A DNA stretch of 64,000 nt from Firmicutes bacterium CAG:24053_14 (lineage in GTDB: Bacteria > Bacillota > Clostridia > Oscillospirales > Oscillospiraceae), in NCBI GenBank assembly GCA_001916715.1, contig MNSZ01000064.1, positions 89,097 to 153,096 on the forward strand, given 5' to 3'. This document shows, piece by piece, positions 54,485 through 64,000 of this stretch. Numbering within the stretch: the stretch's first letter is position 1; every line of letters starts with the position of its first letter. The translations under genes and the position numbers were made by a program. Under the pieces are notes generated by a model. It saw only the letters and a list, made by a program, of their open reading frames with translations, was not told the origin of the DNA and did no database searches.

Positions 54485-54748
54485 TTACTGAGCGATCTCT
54501 TCGTAAACAGAAACCTGCTTGCGATCCTTATCCTTGCGCTCGAACTTTACCTTGCCGTCTACGAGAGCGAACAGGGTGTCATCCTTACCCTTACCAACGT
54601 TGGTGCCGGGATGGATCTTAGTTCCGCGCTGTCTGACGAGGATATTGCCGGCCAGGACGAACTGACCGTCTGCTCTTTTAGCTCCAAGACGCTTAGACTC
54701 ACTGTCGCGGCCGTTCTTGGTAGAACCCATACCTTTTTTATGTGCCAT
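54485..54748 (-). CDS. rpmA: 50S ribosomal protein L27 (no N-terminal propeptide)
   Basis: [22 protein letters not shown]... Confidence 0.95.
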   Translation of the reverse strand: MAHKKGMGSTKNGRDSESKRLGAKRADGQFVLAGNILVRQRGTKIHPGTNVGKGKDDTLFALVDGKVKFERKDKDRKQVSVYEEIAQ

Positions 54749-54786
54749 TAAGGTTACACCTCCATTATCAGTAGTAGCGGGGAAAA

Positions 54787-55101
54787 TTATGCGTTGATGG
54801 TTTCGATCTGAACCTTGGTGTAGGGCTGTCTGTGACCCTGCGTTCTGCGATAACCCTTTTTGGGCTTCATCTTGTAAACGCGAACCTTCTTGCCCTTGCC
54901 GTTCTTTACGACATTTGCGGAAACGGTAGCGCCGTCGATAACAGGAGCGCCGAAAACGGTGTTTTCGCCGTCGATAACTGCGAGGACCTTGTCAAACTTG
55001 ACTGTCTCGCCGGCTTCAACGTCAAGCTTCTCAACGAAGATAACGTCGCCCTCTGCCACGCGGTACTGCTTGCCGCCGGTCATGATGATAGCATGCTTCA
55101 T
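54787..55101 (-). CDS. rplU: 50S ribosomal protein L21
   Basis: [26 protein letters not shown].. Confidence 0.95.
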   Translation of the reverse strand: MKHAIIMTGGKQYRVAEGDVIFVEKLDVEAGETVKFDKVLAVIDGENTVFGAPVIDGATVSANVVKNGKGKKVRVYKMKPKKGYRRTQGHRQPYTKVQIETINA

Positions 55102-55213
55102 AAACTAACAATCCTTTCTTCAGGTCTCGCTCTCATGGGTGCCGGACACATCCGGACTTCCGACCCATTCAATGCGGCTCGAATAGCATATCACGACAGC
55201 CTTGAATTGTCAA
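55102..55213 (-). promoter_or_regulatory. rplU promoter (TTGACA-17-TATGCT) and structured leader (L21-leader-like)
   Basis: On the minus strand the -35 is at 55213-55208 and the -10 at 55190-55185. The leader has a nested hairpin, ATGGGT..TCCGGA-TGTG-TCCGG..ACCCAT. Confidence 0.45.
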
Positions 55214-55318
55214 TGTTTTTCTCACTTTTTTGCGGTGAATTTAATGCCGATATTGCAAAACACGAACGAACATGAGATAATATAATGTAATAGAGATTAT
55301 AGAAATGAGGATACCCGA

Positions 55319-56836
55319 GTGCTGAAAAAACTGCTTTCACGAACCGCGATAACGGCGGTCATAATTTTTGTGCAGATCGTGTGGATAGTTGCGCTGCTGC
55401 TCAGGCTCAGCGATGCTCTGCCGGTGATGAACTATGTTCTCCGCATTTTGAGTCTTGTTGCCGTTCTGCATGTTATTAAAAACGATATGGATCCGTCATA
55501 TAAGGTCAGCTGGGTGCTGTTTATAGCGCTTCTTCCGCTGTTCGGAGGACTTATGTACGTCCTGTTCGGCAACAAGCGCCCGACAAGGTTTATACGGGAT
55601 AAACTCAATGTTCAGCTTGAGGAAACACAGCGATACTATACTTTACGTTCGTCGGATGTCGAGGAGATCGACGATGACGGCGCAAGGGGACTTTTTAAAT
55701 ATCTTGAGTCCTACAGCGGCTACAGAGCCTGCCGCGATACGAAGACCGAGTATTTCCCTGTCGGCGAGGACATGTTCGCAAGACTCATCCCGGAGCTTGA
55801 AAAGGCGGAAGAATTCATTTTCCTTGAGTATTTTATCATAAACTCGGGACAGATGTGGGACTCTGTACTCGACGTGCTGCGGCACAAGGTCGCGCAGGGT
55901 GTTGATGTACGCGTTATATACGACGATGTCGGCTGTGCTGACTATCTTCCGGCTAATTATTGTCAGACATTGCGCAGCTATGGCATAAAGGCGATGGTGT
56001 TCAATAAATTCGTGCCCGTCGTCAGCGTTGTTATGAATAATCGTGATCACCGCAAAATAACGGTCATCGACGGAAAGGTCGGATTTATCGGCGGCATAAA
56101 TATAAGCGATGAATATATCAACAAAAAAGAACGCTTCGGTCACTGGAAGGACACCGGACTTATGTTCAAAGGACCGGGCGTTGAAAACCTGACGATCATG
56201 TTTCTTGAAATGTGGAATGCATTCGAGGAAAAAGAGGGCGGCTACAGAGATTTTGTGCCCGCAGAATATGAGGAGAAAGGCGGAGAAGGGGACGGATACA
56301 TCCTCAGCTTTTCCGACAGTCCCCTTGACGATGAAAACGCCAGCGAAAACGTGTATGCCGACATTCTCTACAATGCAAACGACTATGTTTATATCACAAC
56401 GCCGTATCTGGCCATCGACAGCAGCCTGCAAAACGCGCTGTGCCTTGCGGCAAAGCGCGGCGTTGACGTGCGGCTTATTACCCCGGGAATACCGGATAAG
56501 AAAATGGTATACCGCCTGACGCGGTCTTACTATGCCTCGCTTATCCGCGCCGGAGTGAAGATTTATGAATACACGCCCGGCTTTGTCCACGCAAAGAGCT
56601 ATGTTGCCGATGATAAGATCGGCGTCGTCGGCACCATAAATATGGACTACCGCAGTCTGTATCTGCACTTTGAGTGCGGAACGCTCATGTATGACAGCCC
56701 GGCGGTCATTGACCTGAGAAATGATGATCTTGCAACGATAGAAAAATGCCGCAAGATCGAGCTATCGGACTGCCGTACGAGTTTCTTCGGCGAGCTTATT
56801 GACCGTGTATTGAGAGTCATTGCACCACTGCTGTGA
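55319..56836 (+). CDS. cls: Cardiolipin synthase
   Basis: Two N-terminal TM helices and two HKD motifs (HRKITVIDG, HAKSYVADD). GTG start. Confidence 0.9.
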   Translation: MLKKLLSRTAITAVIIFVQIVWIVALLLRLSDALPVMNYVLRILSLVAVLHVIKNDMDPSYKVSWVLFIALLPLFGGLMYVLFGNKRPTRFIRDKLNVQLEETQRYYTLRSSDVEEIDDDGARGLFKYLESYSGYRACRDTKTEYFPVGEDMFARLIPELEKAEEFIFLEYFIINSGQMWDSVLDVLRHKVAQGVDVRVIYDDVGCADYLPANYCQTLRSYGIKAMVFNKFVPVVSVVMNNRDHRKITVIDGKVGFIGGINISDEYINKKERFGHWKDTGLMFKGPGVENLTIMFLEMWNAFEEKEGGYRDFVPAEYEEKGGEGDGYILSFSDSPLDDENASENVYADILYNANDYVYITTPYLAIDSSLQNALCLAAKRGVDVRLITPGIPDKKMVYRLTRSYYASLIRAGVKIYEYTPGFVHAKSYVADDKIGVVGTINMDYRSLYLHFECGTLMYDSPAVIDLRNDDLATIEKCRKIELSDCRTSFFGELIDRVLRVIAPLL

Positions 56837-56847
56837 AGATAGAAAAA

Positions 56848-56886
56848 CTGCCGCCTCCAAATAACGGAGGCGACAGTAATTTTTCC
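56848..56886. terminator. Bidirectional terminator between cls and ackA
   Basis: Stem CTGCCGCCTCC/GGAGGCGACAG with one mismatch, followed by a T-rich tail. Confidence 0.75.
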
Positions 56887-56889
56887 TTT

Positions 56890-58086
56890 TTAGCCGACTA
56901 TGTCGCGGGTATCGCGTGCGATAACGAGTTCTTCGTTGGTGGGGATAACGAAAACCTTGACCTTGGAGTCGGGGGTGGAGATCATGATATCCTCGCCGCG
57001 CTTGGAGTTTGCCTCGTCGTCGATGGTGACGCCCAGATAGCCGAAGTACTCTGCAATAGCCTTGCGGGAGCTCTTGGAGTTCTCGCCGACGCCTGCGGTG
57101 AATACGATGGCGTCAACGCCGTTCATTGCCGCAACATATGAGCCTGCGACCTTTGCGACCCAGTAGTGGAACATGTCCAGAGCAAGCTGTGCGCGCTCGT
57201 TGCCCTCGGCGGCTGCGTTGTCAAGATCGCGGAAGTCGGAGGAAACGCCCGAAACGCCCAGAACGCCGGACTTCTTGTTGAGTATATTGAGCATCTCGTC
57301 AATGCTGATGCCGTACTTGTTCATGATAAACTGGATAACGCCTGCGTCCAGATCGCCGCAGCGTGTGCCCATGGGGAGGCCGACCAGGGGAGTGAAGCCC
57401 ATGGAGGTGTCAACGCACTTGCCGCCGTCGATAGCGGCGATGGAGCTGCCGTTGCCCATGTGGCAGGAGACGATCTTCAGCTCTTCGATGGGCTTGCCCA
57501 TCAGCTCTGCGCAGCGGCCGGAAACATAGCGATGAGAGGTGCCGTGGAAGCCGTAGCGGCGGATGCCGTCATTTTTGTAGTACTCATAGGGAACTGCATA
57601 CATGTAAGCCTTGCCGGGCATGGTCTGGTGGAAAGCGGTGTCGAACACTGCAACCATGGGAACGTCGCCCATAACGTCGCGGCAGGCGTTGATGCCGATG
57701 ATGTTTGCCGGGTTGTGCAGGGGAGCGAAGGGAGTGCACTCCTTGAGCGCTTCCATAACTGCATCGTCGATGCGCACGGAGGAAGCAAACTTCTCGCCGC
57801 CGTGAACGACGCGGTGGCCGACAGCGTCGATCTCCTTCATGGAGGCGACAACGCCGTACTCGGCGCTGGTGAGCTTGTCGATAACAGCCGCAATTGCCTC
57901 TGCGTGGGTGGGCATTGCAACATCCTCATCAAATACGGGCTTGCCGCCTACCAGGGGGCTGTGCTTAAGGTGACCGTCGAGGCCGATACGCTCGCAAAGG
58001 CCCTTAGCCATTACAGACTCGGTCTCCATGTCGATGAGCTGGTACTTCAGGGAAGAACTGCCTGCGTTGATTACAAGAATTTTCAT
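56890..58086 (-). CDS. ackA: Acetate kinase
   Basis: [17 protein letters not shown].., 398 aa. Confidence 0.95.
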   Translation of the reverse strand: MKILVINAGSSSLKYQLIDMETESVMAKGLCERIGLDGHLKHSPLVGGKPVFDEDVAMPTHAEAIAAVIDKLTSAEYGVVASMKEIDAVGHRVVHGGEKFASSVRIDDAVMEALKECTPFAPLHNPANIIGINACRDVMGDVPMVAVFDTAFHQTMPGKAYMYAVPYEYYKNDGIRRYGFHGTSHRYVSGRCAELMGKPIEELKIVSCHMGNGSSIAAIDGGKCVDTSMGFTPLVGLPMGTRCGDLDAGVIQFIMNKYGISIDEMLNILNKKSGVLGVSGVSSDFRDLDNAAAEGNERAQLALDMFHYWVAKVAGSYVAAMNGVDAIVFTAGVGENSKSSRKAIAEYFGYLGVTIDDEANSKRGEDIMISTPDSKVKVFVIPTNEELVIARDTRDIVG

Positions 58087-58203
58087 TCCGATATTCCTTT
58101 CTTATTGTAAAAATCACAAAAAAATTGTATCATAAGAATATACCTAACATATTTTAATACATTCTGCACAAAAATCAAGTAATTTTTGAAAGGAACGAAT
58201 GAT

Positions 58204-59418
58204 TTGAGCGTAATTGGCATAGTAGGAGAGTATAATCCCATGCATTATGGTCATTTGCACCATATTGCGGAGACAAAAAGACTAATGGGTGAGGACTGCC
58301 CTGTGGTGTGTGCGATGTCGGGCGATTTTATACAGCGCGGCGAGGCGGCGGTGTACTCAAAATTTGCGCGCGCCGAAGCAGCCGTTATGAGCGGCGTTGA
58401 CCTTGTGCTCGAGCTTCCCCTGCCTTGGGTGCTGTCCTCGGCAGAGGGCTTTGCACGCGGAGCGGTCGGACTCCTGGGTGCAACCGGCGTTGTCACGCAC
58501 CTGAGCTTCGGCAGCGAGTGCGGCGAGATAGAGATACTCGAAACGATAGCCGAAACGCTTATCGATCCGCTCATCGGAGCCGATATCCGTGCAGAGCTGC
58601 AAAACGATGCAGGCATACCATTTGCCGCCGCGCGGCAGAGAGCGGTAGCAAAGCGGCTCGGCGAAATGTCGAGCCAGCTTGAAACACCGAATAACATCCT
58701 TGCGATCGAGTATATAAAGGCGGTATACAATCTCGGCCTGAACATGAAGCCTGTCACAATTCAGCGCTTTGGCTCCGGTCATGACCAGATGTCCGGAGAG
58801 GGATACAAGTCAGCTGCCGAGATCCGCCGCATGATGATAAGCGGCAGGGATATCGCAGCTGTCCTGCCCGAGAGCGCATACGCCGTTTACAAGCGCGAGG
58901 AAAAGCTCGGACGCGGCCCGGTCGTGCCGGAAAGCCTCGAGAGCGCCGTGATATCGCGTCTGCGCATGCTGCCGGATGAAGCGTATGAAAGACTGCCGGA
59001 CGCGGGCGAGGGACTGCATAACCGTGTAGCAAAGGCCGCGAAGGAGGAGTGCTCTGTAGACGCGATCCTTGCCGCCGGAAAAAGTAAGCGCTATGCTCTC
59101 AGCCGCATACGCAGAATGGTGATGTGTGCCGCCCTCGGTATAAGCGCCGATATGGCTGACGAAACGCCGCCGTATGCGCGCGTGCTGGCAGCATCTGTGC
59201 GCGGATGCGAGCTTCTGCACAATATGCGGCAAACGGCGCGCAAACCTATAATAATAAAGCCGGCCGACGTCAAAAACTGCGGGGATGATTGCAGAAAGCT
59301 CTTTGAGCTTGGCAGCGGCGCGCATGACCTTTACGTTCTCGGCTATGCGGCGCGAGGGGAGCGCCGCGGCGGCTCGGATTGGCGCACAAGCCCTAAAATC
59401 ATTGCTGAAAACGGCTGA
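58204..59418 (+). CDS. tmcAL: tRNA(Met) cytidine acetate ligase (YlbM/TmcAL nucleotidyltransferase)
   Basis: IVGEYNPMHYGHLHH (HxGH) and MSGDFIQRGE. The start is probably TTG at 58204, 8 nt after AAAGGAA, although the ORF is open from 58186. Confidence 0.8.
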   Translation: MSVIGIVGEYNPMHYGHLHHIAETKRLMGEDCPVVCAMSGDFIQRGEAAVYSKFARAEAAVMSGVDLVLELPLPWVLSSAEGFARGAVGLLGATGVVTHLSFGSECGEIEILETIAETLIDPLIGADIRAELQNDAGIPFAAARQRAVAKRLGEMSSQLETPNNILAIEYIKAVYNLGLNMKPVTIQRFGSGHDQMSGEGYKSAAEIRRMMISGRDIAAVLPESAYAVYKREEKLGRGPVVPESLESAVISRLRMLPDEAYERLPDAGEGLHNRVAKAAKEECSVDAILAAGKSKRYALSRIRRMVMCAALGISADMADETPPYARVLAASVRGCELLHNMRQTARKPIIIKPADVKNCGDDCRKLFELGSGAHDLYVLGYAARGERRGGSDWRTSPKIIAENG

Positions 59419-59475
59419 AGTGCGCCATATTCAAAACATAGCAATAATAATATTAATAAAATATTCAAAAAACAG

Positions 59476-59504
59476 TTGCATTTTGGCTTTTCGTAGTTTA
59501 TAAT
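59476..59504 (+). promoter_or_regulatory. Sigma-A promoter of the liv-type operon
   Basis: TTGCAT, a 17-nt spacer, then TATAAT. Confidence 0.65.
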
Positions 59505-59593
59505 GCTCACTATCAACATAAAGACAAATGTTCGCGTCGCGCGGACACGGAGAAAGTTGAAAGTTGAGAAGAATTTATTAGGAGGAAAACTCA

Positions 59594-60763
59594 ATGAAGA
59601 AGTTTTTAGCACTCGTTCTTGCGATGCTCATGGTGTTCTCGCTGTGCGCATGCGGCAACGGCGGCGACAGCGGCGAGAAGGTCGTCAAGATAGGCGTGTT
59701 TGAGCCTCTGACCGGCGACAGCGCAGCAGGCGGCAAGCAGGAAGTTCTGGGTATGCAGTATGCAAACTCCAAGGTTCCCACGGTTGAGATCGGCGGCGAG
59801 ACCTACAAGGTCGAGCTTGTTTACGCCGATAACGAAACCAAGGCCGACAAGGCTGTTTCCGCAGCGTCCAACCTGGTTGCACAGGGTGTTTCCATAGTTC
59901 TCGGCACATACGGTTCACGTCAGGCAATAGCAGCTTCCGAGACCTTTAAAGAGGCCGGCATACCCGCACTGGGCGTAACCTGCACCAATCCTCAGATCAC
60001 CGAGGGCAACAGCCACTACTTCCGCATCTGCTTCACCGACCCGTTCCAGGGTCCCGTTCTTGCAAGCCTTGCAAAGGATGAGTTTAACGCCGATAAGGTC
60101 TACTGCCTGAGCGAAAACGGCGACGACTACGGCGCAGGTCTTGTCAACTACTTCAAGGAGAAGGCAAACGAGCTCGGCATTGAAGTCATCGAGGACGTAT
60201 TCCCCTCCCAGAACGCTGACTTCACCTCTTACATGAACAACGCCAAGAAGGAAGGCGTTAAGGCGATCTTTGCTCCCGTTTCCATTTCCTACGCACAGCT
60301 TATCATCGACCAGGCAACCGCACAGGGCGTCAACGTCCCCATCCTCGGTTCCGATACATGGGATACCAACACCATCTTTGAGGTTGCAAAGGGCAAGGAT
60401 ATCGACATCTATGTTTCCACCTTCTATCAGGAAGGTGCAAACCCCGAATTTGAAAAGGGCATCAAGGAGTGGATCAATGCCGATTCCAAGAATCTTGAAA
60501 ACAACGGCGGCAACGACATGCTTTCCGCAGTTACCGTCATGGGCTATGACGCATACATGGTAGCTCTTGAGGCTATCAAGGCGGCAGGCTCGACAGATCC
60601 CGCAGCAGTTATGGCAGCTCTTCCCGGCGTTACCTATGAAGGCATAAGCGGTCACATTGAATTTAATGAGACCGGCGATGCAAACCGTGACAGCGCTTAC
60701 ATCAAGTCCGTCAATACCGAGACCGGTGCTTGGGACTTCGTTAAGGTTCAGAAAGCTTCCTGA
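59594..60763 (+). CDS. livJ: Branched-chain amino-acid ABC transporter substrate-binding lipoprotein
   Basis: Lipobox LCACG and a type I periplasmic-binding fold of the LivJ/K family. Confidence 0.8.
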   Translation: MKKFLALVLAMLMVFSLCACGNGGDSGEKVVKIGVFEPLTGDSAAGGKQEVLGMQYANSKVPTVEIGGETYKVELVYADNETKADKAVSAASNLVAQGVSIVLGTYGSRQAIAASETFKEAGIPALGVTCTNPQITEGNSHYFRICFTDPFQGPVLASLAKDEFNADKVYCLSENGDDYGAGLVNYFKEKANELGIEVIEDVFPSQNADFTSYMNNAKKEGVKAIFAPVSISYAQLIIDQATAQGVNVPILGSDTWDTNTIFEVAKGKDIDIYVSTFYQEGANPEFEKGIKEWINADSKNLENNGGNDMLSAVTVMGYDAYMVALEAIKAAGSTDPAAVMAALPGVTYEGISGHIEFNETGDANRDSAYIKSVNTETGAWDFVKVQKAS

Positions 60764-60963
60764 TGCTGTGTTGCCGATAAGCGGCAATGTACATAATCTG
60801 TAAAAACAGTGTGGTGGGGATGCAAAAGCGTCCCCACCATATGCCGTTTTATTAAGCGGCACTGAATTCCTCGCAAATCAAGGCAGGAGCGCATAAATTT
60901 GCTCCGGATAAATATGCGGAGCGGATCTATGCGTTCCCGAAAGAGAGATAGGATGGTCCTCAG

Positions 60964-61860
60964 ATGATCGATTTTTTACATAACAATTTTGGTTATCTGC
61001 TGTCGGGCATATCCGTGGGCGGTCAGTATGCCCTCATAGCCATCGGCTACACGATGGTTTACGGCATACTCAGACTTATAAACTTTGCTCACGGCGATGT
61101 TTTTATGGTAGCAGGTCTTATTATGGTTTACGCGATAGCCGGCGGCTTGCCGATGTGGCTGTCGATAATCCTTGTGCTTGTTCTTACTGTCGTTCTCGGC
61201 GTCGTTATCGAGCGAGTTGCTTATAAGCCGCTGAGATCCTCACCGCGTATGTCTGTCATGATTTCCGCGATAGGCGTGTCGTATCTTCTGCAAAACTGCG
61301 CACTGTACTTCACCGGCGGTCTGCCGCGTTCATATCCGGTCATTCCGTTTCTGACAAAGTCGGTTAAGATCTGGGGCGCGACGACCAAGATGGTAACTGT
61401 TGTCACACCTATACTGACGATACTGCTTGTTATTGTGCTTGTACTTCTTATTAAGTACACCAAGATCGGTATGGCAATGCGCGCCGTTTCCAAGGATTTC
61501 GAAACCAGTCAGCTCATGGGTATAAAGATTAATTCGGTTATATCCTTTACCTTTGTCATCGGCTGCTTCCTCGCGGCTGTCGGCTCTATGCTGTATTTTT
61601 CAAACTACACATCGGTCATCCCCACATCGGGAGCAATGCCCGGCCTGAAGGCGTTCGTTGCGGCTGTCTTCGGCGGCATCGGCTCTATCCCCGGCGCTGT
61701 CATCGGTGCGTTTATAATCGGTATCTGCGAGAATATAATCAGGTCCTTCGGTCAGGACTGGACGGTGTTCTCCGATGCGTTCACGTTTGTTCTTCTGATA
61801 GTTGTCCTCCTCGTCAAGCCCACCGGCATCTTCGGCGAGAAGGCAACGGATAAGGTGTGA
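60964..61860 (+). CDS. livH: Branched-chain amino-acid ABC transporter permease
   Basis: LivH-family polytopic permease. Confidence 0.85.
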   Translation: MIDFLHNNFGYLLSGISVGGQYALIAIGYTMVYGILRLINFAHGDVFMVAGLIMVYAIAGGLPMWLSIILVLVLTVVLGVVIERVAYKPLRSSPRMSVMISAIGVSYLLQNCALYFTGGLPRSYPVIPFLTKSVKIWGATTKMVTVVTPILTILLVIVLVLLIKYTKIGMAMRAVSKDFETSQLMGIKINSVISFTFVIGCFLAAVGSMLYFSNYTSVIPTSGAMPGLKAFVAAVFGGIGSIPGAVIGAFIIGICENIIRSFGQDWTVFSDAFTFVLLIVVLLVKPTGIFGEKATDKV

Positions 61861-61870
61861 GGTGACGGTA

Positions 61871-63100
61871 ATGAACAAAACAATGAATACCAAAGTCCTC
61901 AGAACTCCTGACGAAGTCGTAAAGCGGCAGGGCATGTGGCTTACGATAGTGGCCCTTGTTATTCTCTATGCCGTGCTGTTTGCCCTTGATAATTTCGTAA
62001 AACCCAACAAATTCACGCTGATGCTCATCCCCGTACTCAGAAAGGGCGCAATTTACTCGCTTTTGTGCGTGTCAATGAACCTTCTCAACGGCTTTACGGG
62101 ACTGTTTTCGCTCGGTCAGGCGGGCTTTATACTCATAGGCGCATATGCATACTCGATATTCTCTATCCCCGCGGCAGCTCACGCTTCCGTCTATCAGTAT
62201 TTTGACGGCGGCGCCATTCAGTTCTCGATCCCCGAGATGCTCGGAAATGCGATCGGCGTGAATGCCGGAAGCTTCTTCGGCGCGATAATATGCATCATCA
62301 TCGCAGGTCTCGCGGCGGCCGTGTTTGCGGCGCTGATCGGTTTGCCCGTTCTCCGACTCAAGAGCGACTATCTTGCGATAGCTACTCTCGGATTTGCCGA
62401 GATACTCAGAGCTTTCTTCCAGTGGAAGGGTCTCGGCGTTATCACAAACGGCTCGAACCTTCTGCGTAAGTACACCGCGTTCAGCGACATGAAGCTGCAG
62501 ATCGGCTCGCAGGTGTTCAAATTAAGTACGACCTTCCCGTTCCTGATAGCGATGATAAGCATAATCATCATCGTACTGCTCATTAATTCATCCTACGGCC
62601 GCGCGTTCAAGGCCATCCGCGATGACGAAGTTGCGGCAGAAGCAATGGGCATTAACCTGTTTAAGCACAAGATGCTGTCGTTTGTCATCTCCGCCTTCTT
62701 TGCGGGCGTGGGCGGTGCATTGCTTGCAATGTTCCAGACGGCCGTTCAGGCTTCGACCTTCACCTCGGTAATGACCTATGAGATACTGCTCATCGTTGTT
62801 ATAGGCGGCATAGGCTCCGTGTCCGGCAGCTGCATCGCGGCATTTTTGTACATCGCATGCTCCGAGTGGTGGCTGCGCTTCCTCGACTCCGGCGCGCTGC
62901 CCTTCGGCAACATACAAGTCAGCTTTTTCCGCGACGGCTTCAGAATGGTCGTGTTCTCTGTCGTCATCATGATAATCGTCCTGTTCTTCTCCAAGGGCAT
63001 CATGGGCAACAAGGAGCTGTCCTTTGCAGGACTTATTAAAAAGATAAAGGCTAAAAAGGCCGCAAAGGCCGAAAAGGTCAAAGAGGGAGGTGCCGCATAA
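61871..63100 (+). CDS. livM: Branched-chain amino-acid ABC transporter permease
   Basis: Start MNKTMNTKV after GAGGTGA. LivM-family polytopic permease. Confidence 0.85.
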   Translation: MNKTMNTKVLRTPDEVVKRQGMWLTIVALVILYAVLFALDNFVKPNKFTLMLIPVLRKGAIYSLLCVSMNLLNGFTGLFSLGQAGFILIGAYAYSIFSIPAAAHASVYQYFDGGAIQFSIPEMLGNAIGVNAGSFFGAIICIIIAGLAAAVFAALIGLPVLRLKSDYLAIATLGFAEILRAFFQWKGLGVITNGSNLLRKYTAFSDMKLQIGSQVFKLSTTFPFLIAMISIIIIVLLINSSYGRAFKAIRDDEVAAEAMGINLFKHKMLSFVISAFFAGVGGALLAMFQTAVQASTFTSVMTYEILLIVVIGGIGSVSGSCIAAFLYIACSEWWLRFLDSGALPFGNIQVSFFRDGFRMVVFSVVIMIIVLFFSKGIMGNKELSFAGLIKKIKAKKAAKAEKVKEGGAA

Positions 63101-63945
63101 TGAGTGAAAATGTTCTCCACGTTGAAAATGTCACTATGCAGTTCGGCGGCGTCGTTGCCGTCAACAACCTCTCGCTCGATATTCCCGAGGGCAAAATAGT
63201 TGCACTAATCGGCCCTAACGGCGCCGGCAAGACCACGGCGTTTAACTGCATAACCGGCGTTTACGAGCCGACAAACGGCCTTGTGGAATTCATGGGCAAG
63301 CCCATCGTGCGCAATCATCCCCAGGGCAAGATGAAGAAAAACTACAAGGGTCAGAACGCCGACATGTATCTCGGCAAGGTAGTTGCCAACACGCCGGATA
63401 AGATCACCCAGCAGGGTATAGCCCGTACGTTCCAGAACATAAGGCTTTGGAAGAGCATGACCGTTTTTGAAAACGTGCTTATCGCAAAGCATATGCACGC
63501 AAAGCAGAACGTGTTCTCGGCAACCTTCCGCGGCAACGCAAAGGAAGAAAAGCGTATGCGCGAGGAGACAATGGAGCTTCTGTGTGAGCAGGGGCTGGAT
63601 AAATACAAGGATGAGATCGCAACAAGCCTGCCATACGGACTTCAGCGCCGCCTTGAAATTGCGCGCGCGCTGGCAGCCGACCCGAAGCTTCTGCTTCTTG
63701 ACGAGCCGGCAGCCGGCATGAACCCGCAGGAAACGCTGGAGCTTGCCCAGTTTATCCGCGAGATACGCGAAAAGCACCACCTGACGGTGTTCCTGATCGA
63801 GCATCACATGGAGCTTGTTATGCAGATATCCGACTATATCTATGTCATCGACTTCGGCTCTGAGATAGCTCAGGGCACGCCTAAGGAAGTTCAGAACAAT
63901 CAGCACGTTATCGATGCATATTTGGGGGTCGTTGAAGATGAGTGA
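63100..63945 (+). CDS. livG: Branched-chain amino-acid ABC transporter ATP-binding protein
   Basis: Walker A GPNGAGKTT, signature LPYGLQRRLE and Walker B LLLDEPAAG. Confidence 0.9.
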   Translation: MSENVLHVENVTMQFGGVVAVNNLSLDIPEGKIVALIGPNGAGKTTAFNCITGVYEPTNGLVEFMGKPIVRNHPQGKMKKNYKGQNADMYLGKVVANTPDKITQQGIARTFQNIRLWKSMTVFENVLIAKHMHAKQNVFSATFRGNAKEEKRMREETMELLCEQGLDKYKDEIATSLPYGLQRRLEIARALAADPKLLLLDEPAAGMNPQETLELAQFIREIREKHHLTVFLIEHHMELVMQISDYIYVIDFGSEIAQGTPKEVQNNQHVIDAYLGVVEDE

Positions 63946-64000
63946 AACAATACTGAAGATCAATGACCTTAAGGTCAACTACGGCGGCATCGAGGCCGTC
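63938..64000 (+). CDS. livF: Branched-chain amino-acid ABC transporter ATP-binding protein; 3' end lies outside the window
   Basis: MSETILKINDLKVNYGGIEAV... Overlaps the livG stop by 8 nt. Confidence 0.75.
   Translation, partial: MSETILKINDLKVNYGGIEAV

Overview
Moderately GC-rich chromosomal segment from a spore-forming Firmicute of the class Clostridia. Supporting markers are an alpha/beta-type SASP, SLH-domain wall proteins, a perfect CIRCE element and Gram-positive type promoters and terminators. It is dense with ordinary housekeeping genes. These include a corrinoid protein, TetR and Crp/Fnr regulators, a ferredoxin with oleate hydratase, a heavy-metal P-type ATPase operon, a four-gene tRNA cluster (Val-Phe-Gly-Cys) and hslO. 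They continue with an nfeD/SPFH pair, hexokinase, a zinc ABC transporter, a polar amino-acid ABC transporter, hsp20 and a glycogen operon (glgB-glgA-GH13). Further on are deoC, infC-rpmI-rplT with its leader, an HTH-S24 repressor with a Y-family polymerase, Gtr-like wall glycosylation genes, alaX and a 2-hydroxyacyl-CoA-dehydratase-like cluster with its activase. The rest comprises rrf2-mnmA-HD-cysK, two YhgE/Pip membrane proteins, rplU-rpmA-obg, cls, ackA, tmcAL and a liv-type branched-chain amino-acid ABC operon. I saw no transposase, integrase, CRISPR array, phage genes or recognisable defence genes. The most unusual signals are at the DNA level. (1) The Firmicute dif XerD-arm word ATTATGTAAAC occurs ten times, nine of them within 14.6 kb, written through unrelated ORFs in every frame. 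(2) A perfect 29-bp inverted repeat brackets 223 bp between a promoter and the nfeD/SPFH operon, an inverton-like architecture, and a related 20-nt copy lies at 16.6 kb. Secondary oddities are a P1B-ATPase with an in-frame loss of its nucleotide-binding domain, an orphan dehydratase-like cluster whose activase is frameshifted, an A7-tract frameshift in an HD-domain gene, and an M20 peptidase remnant.
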